Positions 8,634 to 17,481 of a stretch of DNA of 64,000 bases are shown here, one piece after another (the stretch's first letter is position 1; each line of letters begins with the position of its first letter). The position numbers and the translations under genes were made by a program. Where the stretch lies: contig SVRZ01000004.1 in assembly GCA_015064555.1 (NCBI GenBank), positions 14,814 through 78,813 of the forward strand, in the 5' to 3' direction. The notes under the pieces are model-generated. The model worked only from the letters and a program-made list of their open reading frames with translations, ran no database searches and was not told the DNA's origin. The DNA is from Oscillospiraceae bacterium (GTDB lineage: Bacteria > Bacillota > Clostridia > Oscillospirales > CAG-272).

Positions 8634-9893
8634 TTAAACTCCAAATATGCCCTTGATTTTTTCCTTGTCTATGCCCGAGCCGATAACACAAAGTCTGCCT
8701 ATAACTCCGGCACTGCCATGCCTTACGTCTATATCTCCGGGAACGTAATCAAAATGTATCCAGCTTCCGTCCTCGGATTCAACTATGCCCTTCGCCCTGA
8801 GTATCATTCCAAGATCCGAATCCTCATCGAACATTTCAAGGATCTCCTCTATGCGGGCTATAGTAAATTTGTGTGTGGTTTCCACTCCTACACTCGCAAA
8901 TACCTCGTCTGCATGGTGATGGTGGTGATGCTCATGCTCATGATCGTGCTCGTGACATCCGCAGCTGCATTCCTCATCATCATCGTGGTGATGATGGTGA
9001 TGCTCATGCTCGTGGCATCCGCAGTTGCACTCCTCGTCATCATCGTGGTGGTGATGGTGATGCTCATGCTCGTGACATCCGCAGCTGCATTCCTCGTCAT
9101 CGTCGTGGTGATGGTGGTGATGCTCATGCTCGTGGCATCCGCAGCTGCATTCCTCGTCATCATCGTGGTGATGATGATGCTCATGCTCGTGGCATCCGCA
9201 GCTGCACTCCTCTTCATCATCGTGGTGATGGTGGTGATGACCGTGCTTATGATGGTGATGCGCTTCCTTTTCAAGATCTTTCAGCGTATCCTCAAGCGTG
9301 TCCTTGTGCTCCATAGCTGCAAGAATATCCTTACCGTCAAGCTTGTCATAAGGAGTGGTGATGATAACCGCATCCGAATTGTGCTCTCTTATAAGATTTA
9401 CCGCTTCCTCGATTTTCTTATCGGATGCCTTATCGGTATGAGAAAGGAATATCGCAGATGCGTGAGATATCTGATCGTTGTAAAACTCTCCGAAATTACG
9501 CATATACATTCTGCATTTTCCTGCATCGGCAACGGTAGTAAAGCAATTGAGCATGGCATCGGGAGAATCAAGCTTTTCAACCGCCTTGATGATATCGGAA
9601 AGCTTACCTACGCCCGAGGGCTCGATTATTACTCTGTCGGGCTTATATTCGTCAAGCACCTTTGCCAGCGCCTTCGTGAAATCGCCTACAAGCGAGCAGC
9701 ATATGCAGCCCGAATTCATCTCGGTTATTTCTATTCCGGCGTCCTGAAGGAATCCGCCGTCTATACCGATCTCACCGAATTCGTTCTCTATGAGAACGAC
9801 CTTCTCACCTGCATAAGCCTCTTTTATAAGCTTTTTTATAAGCGTTGTTTTTCCGGCACCCAGAAATCCGGAAAATATATCAATTTTTGTCAT
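8634..9893 (-). CDS. COG0523-family (CobW/YjiA/ZigA-like) metallochaperone GTPase with a giant His/Cys-rich insert
   Basis: 419 aa. Walker A GFLGAGKTT, ENEFGE, CxCC-type GCICCS, IIEPSGV and SHTDK. A His/Asp/Glu/Cys array spans aa 212-327. A CobW-C-like C-terminal domain follows. Confidence 0.85.
   Translation of the reverse strand: MTKIDIFSGFLGAGKTTLIKKLIKEAYAGEKVVLIENEFGEIGIDGGFLQDAGIEITEMNSGCICCSLVGDFTKALAKVLDEYKPDRVIIEPSGVGKLSDIIKAVEKLDSPDAMLNCFTTVADAGKCRMYMRNFGEFYNDQISHASAIFLSHTDKASDKKIEEAVNLIREHNSDAVIITTPYDKLDGKDILAAMEHKDTLEDTLKDLEKEAHHHHKHGHHHHHHDDEEECSCGCHEHEHHHHHDDDEECSCGCHEHEHHHHHHDDDEECSCGCHEHEHHHHHHDDDEECNCGCHEHEHHHHHHDDDEECSCGCHEHDHEHEHHHHHHADEVFASVGVETTHKFTIARIEEILEMFDEDSDLGMILRAKGIVESEDGSWIHFDYVPGDIDVRHGSAGVIGRLCVIGSGIDKEKIKGIFGV
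8913..9260 (-). repeat. coding tandem repeat, about 60 nt x 5 (unit HEHEHHHHHHDDDEEC(S/N)CGC)
   Basis: The near-identical 60-nt periodicity is directly visible because the repeats align with the 60-column sequence lines from 8941 to 9240. The translation gives five CxCGC triads separated by His and acidic blocks. Confidence 0.9.
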
Positions 9894-9934
9894 TTTATCG
9901 TCCTTTCGTTCTATTAGAAAATAATCTACATAAT

Positions 9935-9963
9935 ATTGTACTATAACTTTGGCGAAATGTCAA
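9935..9963 (-). promoter_or_regulatory. SigA-type promoter of the COG0523 operon
   Basis: Minus strand reads TTGACA-17 nt-TACAAT. The -10 lies inside the imperfect inverted repeat TACAATATTATGTA (9927-9940). Confidence 0.5.
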
Positions 9964-10025
9964 TAAAACAGGCATTAAAATTTAAATTTGGTTAAAACTA
10001 ATCTCCCGATCAGAAAGGAAAGTAT

Positions 10026-10655
10026 ATGAACATATTGCTTATAAACGCATCCCCTCATAAAAAAGGAGCATCTGCAAGAGTTGTTTCAGAGCTTTGGGAT
10101 TCATTTGACGCGCTTGGTGATACGACCATCGAGCTTGATATAGGAATCGAGGCACGCAGTGCCTGCACTGCGTGCGGCGGCTGCAAGGGCGGTGGGGGCT
10201 GTATTATAGGAGATCTTGGTGAATTTGCAAGTGCCGTAGAATCGGCAAACGGTATAATATTCGTCACTCCCACCTATTACGGTGGCGCCGTTGGCAGTCT
10301 TACGGCACTTCTATCAAGATTGCTTTACAGCGAAAAGCGGCATTTCTTATATAAGCCTGTAGCAACCGTGGGTATAGGAAGGCGTGGGTGCATAAGCAGT
10401 GCAGTCGATCAGGTGAACAGATTCTTTCACTTCACGTCATCACCGATAGTTACCTCGGGATATCCGCCTATAGTATACGCCGTTGACAGCGCGAGCGCAG
10501 AGCGGGATGCAGAGGGTCTCCAAAACGTCCGTTCCCTTGCCCGCAATATGCATTGGCTTGCAAAATGCATAGAACGCGGTGGCTCGGACGGTATATCACC
10601 GCCCGAGCCCGAAGCAAAAATATCAATCGACATACCGTCACTTTCGAGGCGGTAA
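10026..10655 (+). CDS. flavodoxin-like / NADPH-dependent FMN reductase family protein (iron-sulfur flavoprotein-like)
   Basis: 209 aa. MNILLINASPHKKGAS (FMN reductase-type N-terminus), Cys cluster CTACGGCKGGGGC and FVTPTYYG. Confidence 0.7.
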   Translation: MNILLINASPHKKGASARVVSELWDSFDALGDTTIELDIGIEARSACTACGGCKGGGGCIIGDLGEFASAVESANGIIFVTPTYYGGAVGSLTALLSRLLYSEKRHFLYKPVATVGIGRRGCISSAVDQVNRFFHFTSSPIVTSGYPPIVYAVDSASAERDAEGLQNVRSLARNMHWLAKCIERGGSDGISPPEPEAKISIDIPSLSRR

Positions 10656-12101
10656 GCCCCTTACCGCGCCTATAGACGAAATCACCGCCTGCTCAGAAAA
10701 CGGGATACGCCTTCCATTTACGATCTGGAATTTTTCGTGTCCCTTTCCCAAAAGCAAAATAAAATCGCCTTCCTCCGAAAGAGCGAAGGCCTTTTTTATA
10801 GCCTCACATCTGTCCGGTACTACAAAAGCCCTCGATTTATCGCGGTAGGATGAGTATATCTCGGCGCATATCTTCTCTACCATCTCACCATCGGTATCAT
10901 CCGACGTTATTATCGAGAGGTCTGCAAATCTTTCCGCAACTGCTGCCAGAGCGGATCTTCTCCCGCGACAACGGTTTCCTACAGAGCCGTAAACAGCTAT
11001 GATTCTCCGTGTTGCGAGAGCGGATATGCTTTTGAATATTGCTTCAAAGCTATTTGGATTGTGAGCAAAATCTATGATTATATATCTATTCTGCCAATTC
11101 CAGCATTCAAGTCTGCCGCAAATTGAAATATCCGAAAGCACATTTGCGAAACGGGATATCGCCTCTCCCGATATCTCGCTGGCAGTGGCTATCGCCAATG
11201 CCGCATTAAGAGCATTATGATCGCCGGGAATTCCAACCGATATAGGAACCCCATTTAAAAGGAATCCGACACCTCTTAAATCAAAGCTCACACCTGTAAT
11301 AGAAAAGTCATCATCGGCATCGTATCCTACACGCACCGTCCTCTTTACACCGCGTGCCATAAATTCCGATTCTGAATCTGATGAATTAATTATAGCCGTC
11401 CTTGCCCCATAATCTCTGAAAAGCATTCGCTTGGCTTCCCTGTAATCCGAAATATCCTTATGCTCTCCTGCGCCTATATGATCCTCGGAAAGTCCGGTAA
11501 AAATGCACACGTCGAAGGGTATTCCATACACGCGAAGGGTAGCAAGTGCCTGACTGGATACCTCTATTACCGCTACCTCTGTACCGCGAAGCGCTGCCTC
11601 TCCCAATGCGCGGTATAAAAGCGATGCAGATGGAGTCGTATTTTCTGTTTCCAGGATGCTCTCACCAAAATCTGTTGATTTTATACCTGTTGTGCCTATA
11701 AAAAGTGTGTTTATTCCTATTCCTTCCAGGCACTTATAAAGCATTTCTGCAGTTGTAGTTTTTCCTTTGGTTCCTGTAATTCCTATTATCCTTTTAAATT
11801 TATGCGAACCAAAATAAAGAATTTTTGCAATTTCTGCCAATGATTTTCTTGCGTTTTTCGAGAAAATAACAGTTTTTGACTGAATTTTCACTTTTTTATC
11901 AGTAGTAACTATCGCACAAGCACCATTCCGCAGTGCTTCATTTATATAAAGCTCTCCTGATGTTTTCGAGCCTTTTATACATACGAATACAGTCCCCTCA
12001 GTCACCTCAGAGGATCTGTCAGTCACGTCTGTCACCTCGCACTCGGATAGTCCTCGGAATGAGTCATGCTCTATTAGTGAGATAAGCTTACTTAATAGCA
12101 T
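10638..12101 (-). CDS. murE: UDP-N-acetylmuramoyl-tripeptide synthetase (MurE-type Mur ligase)
   Basis: 487 aa. GITGTKGKTTT P-loop, DHNALNAALA, DFAHNP and GKGHEKFQ motifs typical of MurE. Confidence 0.8.
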   Translation of the reverse strand: MLLSKLISLIEHDSFRGLSECEVTDVTDRSSEVTEGTVFVCIKGSKTSGELYINEALRNGACAIVTTDKKVKIQSKTVIFSKNARKSLAEIAKILYFGSHKFKRIIGITGTKGKTTTAEMLYKCLEGIGINTLFIGTTGIKSTDFGESILETENTTPSASLLYRALGEAALRGTEVAVIEVSSQALATLRVYGIPFDVCIFTGLSEDHIGAGEHKDISDYREAKRMLFRDYGARTAIINSSDSESEFMARGVKRTVRVGYDADDDFSITGVSFDLRGVGFLLNGVPISVGIPGDHNALNAALAIATASEISGEAISRFANVLSDISICGRLECWNWQNRYIIIDFAHNPNSFEAIFKSISALATRRIIAVYGSVGNRCRGRRSALAAVAERFADLSIITSDDTDGEMVEKICAEIYSSYRDKSRAFVVPDRCEAIKKAFALSEEGDFILLLGKGHEKFQIVNGRRIPFSEQAVISSIGAVRGLPPRK

Positions 12102-13330
12102 CGTGCTGCCTCTTTAGCATACCTTGAATATCTCCGCCCCTCGCGTAAAAGATGTGTCATAACATACAGTCTGCGAAGGATACCGCTATCACCGCCACGG
12201 TCATAAGGCGTTATTGCTCTTCCGCGTTTTTCAAGCTCCAGCGCCTTGTTCAAAAGGCCTTTATTATTTGCATACTTTATAACCGTGCGCCGGCTGACAC
12301 ATCGCCAGAAGCCGTCTTCATATAAGAAGCTCTCACCTGTTGAAACTCCGTTCATTTCGTTGACAAGAAGCTCCGCGACATCCATCCCCGCACTCCTGAC
12401 GTAATCGAAGCTGCGCCCCTGTCTTGGATTAAGCTCAAGGCAATAGCTCCTGCCGTCGGCGATCAGGATATCAAAATTGGCGATACCCGTATAACCGATC
12501 CCATCGAGCATTGAGATTATTTTTTGTGTGATATCATCCGGGCGGCGAGTCAGTATGGCAGAGTAATTTCCTCTTGCAGTCGGCGAAAGCTCCTCCAATA
12601 TCACGTCTCCGAGGACTGCGCGTATGACACGTCCACGTGAATCAGAGTAGGTGGTCAGAACCGATGAATACGGCGGATGTGCTCCGTTATTATTGCCCAC
12701 GTACTCCTGGACTATGAGCTTGCCCTGATATCCCGAGCCGAAAATGATTTTTCCTATATTACGCACCTCATCGAGAGAGTCGGCAAAATACACCTTTTCC
12801 ATCCCCGGAAATGAATTGCGCCAGAATTCATCCGAATCGGCGGCCTTAACGACGAACGGCGGTCGCAAATAAGAGCATCGCCTCTGAAAATCGTGCAAAT
12901 CGCTTCGGAAGGCCTCTCCCTTGGGATGAGGTATTCCGTATCTGTCCATTATTTCGATAAATACAGATTTATCAGAGGTGGCACGCCAGACCTCAAACGA
13001 AGGAATATGAAAGAAAAAACGCCCGTTTAAGGCGTCGCGGGCATATTCAAGCATTTCTATATACCAATCGGCGCAAGGAATGAGCAGAAGTCGCTGTCCC
13101 TTATGCTCATCTGCGAATTTCATCAATGCCGGAACGGCGGCATCGCATTCATCCAGAGCCTTTACCGTATGGAGTCTTACAAATGCAGAGCTATCTGTTA
13201 TTGCAAGGCGATCGCGCGCGAATACATGCGATACAACACCGTATCGCGCGGCGAATGACATTGCCATAGAATACCCATTAAGATCCCCGCCGAGAATGAC
13301 GGGGATAAAATCTTCATTAGACGTTTTCAA
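12092..13330 (-). CDS. ATP-grasp carboxylate-amine ligase (COG3919 / D-aspartate-ligase-like)
   Basis: 412 aa. TTG start preceded by AAAGGAG. The overall pattern (PVILGGDLNGY...IPCADWY...KAADS...LIVQEY...LELNPRQGRS) fits an ATP-grasp fold. Its stop overlaps the murE start by 10 nt. Confidence 0.65.
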   Translation of the reverse strand: MKTSNEDFIPVILGGDLNGYSMAMSFAARYGVVSHVFARDRLAITDSSAFVRLHTVKALDECDAAVPALMKFADEHKGQRLLLIPCADWYIEMLEYARDALNGRFFFHIPSFEVWRATSDKSVFIEIMDRYGIPHPKGEAFRSDLHDFQRRCSYLRPPFVVKAADSDEFWRNSFPGMEKVYFADSLDEVRNIGKIIFGSGYQGKLIVQEYVGNNNGAHPPYSSVLTTYSDSRGRVIRAVLGDVILEELSPTARGNYSAILTRRPDDITQKIISMLDGIGYTGIANFDILIADGRSYCLELNPRQGRSFDYVRSAGMDVAELLVNEMNGVSTGESFLYEDGFWRCVSRRTVIKYANNKGLLNKALELEKRGRAITPYDRGGDSGILRRLYVMTHLLREGRRYSRYAKEAARCY

Positions 13331-13354
13331 TCAAGCTCCTTTCAGTGCGGAGAG

Positions 13355-13843
13355 TCAGATATCCCCCTCACCGAGAAACCCCTCAAAATCCCATCTTCTC
13401 AAAACCTCGTATGCAGCTATAGCCACGGCATTTGAAAGATTAAGGCATCTGCGGTTTTCAAGCATCGGAATGCGCACCGAATGATCTATATTTTCGAGAA
13501 TAAGCTCCTTGGGCAGTCCCGCGGTCTCCTTACCGAACATCAGGTATACCTCTTCGGGATAATCAACGTCGGTGTACCTCTGTCTTGCGTGAGCGGAGAA
13601 ATAAAATATCTCCTTATCGCGGTGCTTTTCCTCAAATTCCGCATAATTCTCATAATAGTATATCTCAAGCGTGCTCCAATAATCAAGACCTGCCCGCTTA
13701 AGCGTTTTATCCGATATTTCAAAGCCGATGGGCTTTATTATATGAAGTGCCGCGCCCGTTACCGAGCAAGTGCGCGAAATATTACCCGTATTCTGGGGTA
13801 TCTCAGGTGAATAAAGCACGATATTTAATTTTTTCATTGTCAT
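13355..13843 (-). CDS. trmL: tRNA (cytidine/uridine-2'-O-)-methyltransferase TrmL (SpoU/TrmH family)
   Basis: 162 aa. NIVLYSPEIPQNTGNISRTC...KRAGLDYW...MFGKETAGLP...IPM...RCLNLSNAVAI is the TrmL signature. Confidence 0.85.
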   Translation of the reverse strand: MTMKKLNIVLYSPEIPQNTGNISRTCSVTGAALHIIKPIGFEISDKTLKRAGLDYWSTLEIYYYENYAEFEEKHRDKEIFYFSAHARQRYTDVDYPEEVYLMFGKETAGLPKELILENIDHSVRIPMLENRRCLNLSNAVAIAAYEVLRRWDFEGFLGEGDI

Positions 13844-13952
13844 TTTTCCCCCGTAAAAACGATTTATACAGCAGATTACAATGAATATTTTAAACCAAAG
13901 CCAAAAAAAGTCAAGTATTTTTTAAAATATTTACATTTATTTATTTATTTTG

Positions 13953-13981
13953 TTGATATGATGTGTTATAATTGTTATAAT
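13953..13981 (+). promoter_or_regulatory. SigA-type promoter upstream of secA
   Basis: TTGATA-17 nt-TATAAT. Confidence 0.5.
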
Positions 13982-14027
13982 TGAGATAGTATCGCAATAT
14001 TGCAGATTACCGGAGGTTTTTTGACAA

Positions 14028-16787
14028 ATGGGTATATTTTCTTCTCTCTTCGCATCCTATAGCGAAAAGCAGATCAAAAAGATAGAGTCTACAGTAGATC
14101 GGATAGAAGCACTTGCACAGAAGTATGAGTCGATGAGTGACGATGAGCTTAAGGCTATGACCGGTGTGTTCAAGGGCAGGCTTGAGTCGGGCGATACGCT
14201 TGACGATATTCTCCCCGATGCCTTTGCCGTTGTACGCGAAGCAGACTGGCGCGTGCTGGGCAAGCGTCCCTTCCGCGTTCAGCTTATGGGAGGTATACTT
14301 CTTCATCAGGGCAGAATAGCAGAAATGAAGACGGGTGAAGGAAAAACACTCGTTGCTACCCTTCCCGCATATCTTAATGCACTTACGGGAAAGGGCGTTC
14401 ATATAGTTACCGTCAATGACTACCTTGCTCGCCGAGACAGCGAGGAGATGGGCAGAGTTTACGGTTTCCTCGGACTTACCACAGGACTGATCGTTCACGG
14501 ACAGAACAGCAATGAAAAGCGAGAGGCATATGCCGCAGATATCACATACGGCACCAATAACGAGCTCGGATTTGACTATCTTCGTGACAATATGGTCGTC
14601 TACAAGGAAAGACTTGTTCAACGCGGTCACGCCTTTGCTATAGTTGACGAGGTCGACTCGATACTTATAGACGAGGCGAGAACTCCCCTTATAATTTCGG
14701 GCGAGGGTGAAAAATCCACCGAGCTTTACGATATGGCAGACAAGCTTGTCCGCACTATGAGCCGCCACGTTATCAAGGAGCTTGATGCAAAGCTCGATAC
14801 GGATGAGTACGAGGAGGACTTCATAGTCGATGAAAAGGCAAAAACTGCCGTTCTTACCAGGCACGGTATAGAAAAGGCTGAGCGCTTCTTCAAAATAGAA
14901 AATCTCTCCGATCCGGAAAATAATAATATATATCACCACGTTAACGTTGCTATAAAGGCACACGGCGTTATGAAGATAGACGATGACTATATCGTTAAAG
15001 ATGATTCTGTAATCATCGTTGACAGCTTTACAGGTCGTCTTATGCCCGGCAGACGCTATAATGACGGACTTCATCAGGCGATAGAGGCAAAGGAGCACGT
15101 TAAGATCCAGAAGGAATCGAAAACGATTGCAACAATAACCTTCCAGAACTACTTCCGTATGTACTCCAAGCTCTCCGGAATGACCGGTACTGCGCTCACC
15201 GAGGAAAATGAGTTCAGAGAAATATACCGCCTTGACGTTGTCGCCGTTCCCACGAATATGCCTATGATCAGAAAGGATCATAACGATGCTATATACCGTA
15301 CCAGACGCGGCAAGCTCGCGGCTATAATCGAGCAGATAAAGGCTTGTCACGAAAAGGGCCAGCCTGTGCTTGTCGGTACCGTATCGATAGATAAGTCCGA
15401 GGAGCTCTCACAGCTTCTCAAGAGAACCGGTATTCCCCACAGAGTCCTTAATGCAAAGCAGCACGACAGGGAGGCTGAGATAGTTGCTCAGGCGGGAACC
15501 TACGGCACGGTCACCATTTCCACCAACATGGCAGGTAGAGGTACTGATATTATGCTCGGAGGCAATCCCGAATACCTTGCAAAGACGAAGATGAAAAAGG
15601 AAGGCTTCGAGGATTGGGTAATAAATGCCGCGACCGGATCGAGCCATACCGAGGATGAAGCAATACTTGAAGCACGTGATGTATTCAACCGCTATTACGA
15701 GGAATACAAGGAAGAGATCCGACCGATGGCGGACAAGGTGCGCGAGGCAGGCGGTTTATTCATCATAGGCACCGAAAGACACGAAAGCCGCCGTATTGAC
15801 AACCAGCTCCGCGGACGAAGCGGACGACAGGGTGACCCCGGTGAATCGCGCTTCTATCTATCGCTTGAGGACGATCTTATGCGTCTGTTCGGATCGGACA
15901 AAATAGCGGGAATGGCGGCATCTCTCGGTATCGAGGAGAATATGCCTATCGATCTCAAAATGGTTTCGGGAGCGATAGAAAGAGCTCAGGCGAAGATCGA
16001 ATCTATGAACTTCCAGCGCAGAAAGAACGTTCTTACCTATGATGACGTTATGAACCAGCAGAGAAACGTTATTTATCAGCAGCGTGCCGAGGTTCTCTGG
16101 CAAGATGATATGCATGAGCGGATCGAGGCTATGATCTCGGACGTTATCTCTTCGAATTTCGACTTCTATTTCGGCGCAGAAAACCCATCCGAATACAAGC
16201 CGGAGGAATTCTCACAGCACTTCAGAGGTCTTCTCACCGATGGAAAAACGCTTTCACTTACAGATGAGGAGCGCGCAGAGCTCGACAGAGAGGCACTTAA
16301 GGAGAGCTTTATAACTAAGGCATTTGATATATATCACGGCAAGGATGAGCTCTTCAGAAGTGTACCCGGAGCGCCCGAAAATGCTATGCGCGAGGTCGAG
16401 AAGGTCATTCTCTTAAGAAACGTTGACAGCAAGTGGATGGATCATCTCGAGGCTATGGATGAGCTCAAGGGCTATGTTGGTCTTAACTCATATGCTCAAA
16501 GAGATCCCGTTGCCATATACCGCCTCGAAAGCGCAGATATGTTTGATAAAATGAGCGAGGATATCAAGGAGGACACCGTGCGCCAGATTCTTGCGGTGGT
16601 TCCGAGAATACAGTCCACCGAGCGCGTTCAGGTTGCGCGCGAAACGGGTGTCGGTGAAAACGGCGGCAAGACCGCAACGCGCCCCGTCACGGCAAAGCGC
16701 GTACTCGGTAGAAACGACCCCTGCCACTGCGGAAGCGGAAAGAAATACAAGAACTGCTGCTGGGCAAAAGATAATTCAAAATCGTAA
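14028..16787 (+). CDS. secA: preprotein translocase ATPase SecA
   Basis: 919 aa. MKTGEGKTLVATLP Walker A, DEVDSILIDEARTPLIISG, TNMAGRGTDI, and the C-terminal zinc finger CHCGSGKKYKNCC. Confidence 0.97.
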   Translation: MGIFSSLFASYSEKQIKKIESTVDRIEALAQKYESMSDDELKAMTGVFKGRLESGDTLDDILPDAFAVVREADWRVLGKRPFRVQLMGGILLHQGRIAEMKTGEGKTLVATLPAYLNALTGKGVHIVTVNDYLARRDSEEMGRVYGFLGLTTGLIVHGQNSNEKREAYAADITYGTNNELGFDYLRDNMVVYKERLVQRGHAFAIVDEVDSILIDEARTPLIISGEGEKSTELYDMADKLVRTMSRHVIKELDAKLDTDEYEEDFIVDEKAKTAVLTRHGIEKAERFFKIENLSDPENNNIYHHVNVAIKAHGVMKIDDDYIVKDDSVIIVDSFTGRLMPGRRYNDGLHQAIEAKEHVKIQKESKTIATITFQNYFRMYSKLSGMTGTALTEENEFREIYRLDVVAVPTNMPMIRKDHNDAIYRTRRGKLAAIIEQIKACHEKGQPVLVGTVSIDKSEELSQLLKRTGIPHRVLNAKQHDREAEIVAQAGTYGTVTISTNMAGRGTDIMLGGNPEYLAKTKMKKEGFEDWVINAATGSSHTEDEAILEARDVFNRYYEEYKEEIRPMADKVREAGGLFIIGTERHESRRIDNQLRGRSGRQGDPGESRFYLSLEDDLMRLFGSDKIAGMAASLGIEENMPIDLKMVSGAIERAQAKIESMNFQRRKNVLTYDDVMNQQRNVIYQQRAEVLWQDDMHERIEAMISDVISSNFDFYFGAENPSEYKPEEFSQHFRGLLTDGKTLSLTDEERAELDREALKESFITKAFDIYHGKDELFRSVPGAPENAMREVEKVILLRNVDSKWMDHLEAMDELKGYVGLNSYAQRDPVAIYRLESADMFDKMSEDIKEDTVRQILAVVPRIQSTERVQVARETGVGENGGKTATRPVTAKRVLGRNDPCHCGSGKKYKNCCWAKDNSKS

Positions 16788-16800
16788 GGAGCTCTGAATT

Positions 16801-17478
16801 ATGGGCTTCGGCACACTTTTTATAGGATATTTCTTCCTTATCAACATCACCTATTTCTCCTATACCGATGCGATCGCCGCTATGGTGATGCTCACCGGGC
16901 TTTACCGACTTTCTACGGTCAACCGCGATTTCCGACGGGCTATGATCGCATCTGCGGTATTTGCGCTTATCGCTATAGGCGAGCTTGCGCTGGCATTTAC
17001 CGGATTTTTCGTATACAGCGATACACTCACAATGATCAACTCCTATCTCGGTGCGATACGGTATGCCGCGATCTTCGTGCTTTCCGTATTCATTATGCGA
17101 GGCATATATGAGGTCGCACGCGAGGTGGAGGCTGACGATCTTGCATCAACCGCAAAAAGATCATTACCCATATCCTTCTCTCTTGCTTTTGCCGCTCTCA
17201 CAGAGCTTCCCTTCCTCTCGGTACTTATCGGCAAGCCTATGGCATACGTGTATTTTATCGTGCTCACAGCCGTAGTATTTTTCGTGGTATCAGCTCTTAT
17301 AACTATATACCGCGCATATGCTTCGATATGCATGCCTGAGGATCTTGAAAGAGAACGCAAAAAGACAAAGCAAAATGCACTTACCAAATTTTACGATTCC
17401 CTGGAGGAAAGCGGCAAAAAATACGCCGAATACCGAAGGGAAAGGAAAAGTGCCAAGAACAGCAAAAGGAAAAAATAA
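16801..17478 (+). CDS. polytopic membrane protein, unknown function, Lys-rich C-terminal tail
   Basis: 225 aa. Several hydrophobic spans. Starts 13 nt after the secA stop. Tail reads ...RRERKSAKNSKRKK. Confidence 0.6.
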   Translation: MGFGTLFIGYFFLINITYFSYTDAIAAMVMLTGLYRLSTVNRDFRRAMIASAVFALIAIGELALAFTGFFVYSDTLTMINSYLGAIRYAAIFVLSVFIMRGIYEVAREVEADDLASTAKRSLPISFSLAFAALTELPFLSVLIGKPMAYVYFIVLTAVVFFVVSALITIYRAYASICMPEDLERERKKTKQNALTKFYDSLEESGKKYAEYRRERKSAKNSKRKK

Positions 17479-17481
17479 CAT

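Noticed and set aside
8913-9260. Possible CRISPR array. The same question applies to the 26205-26288 repeat.
   Set aside because: Both are head-to-tail repeats with no unique spacers. The first is in-frame coding sequence and the second has only two units. No cas genes are in the window.
9894-10025. Canonical Zur box upstream of the COG0523 operon.
   Set aside because: No TCGTAAT-N-ATTACGA-like sequence is present. Only a weaker TACA-N6-TGTA repeat was found, and it is reported separately at low interest.
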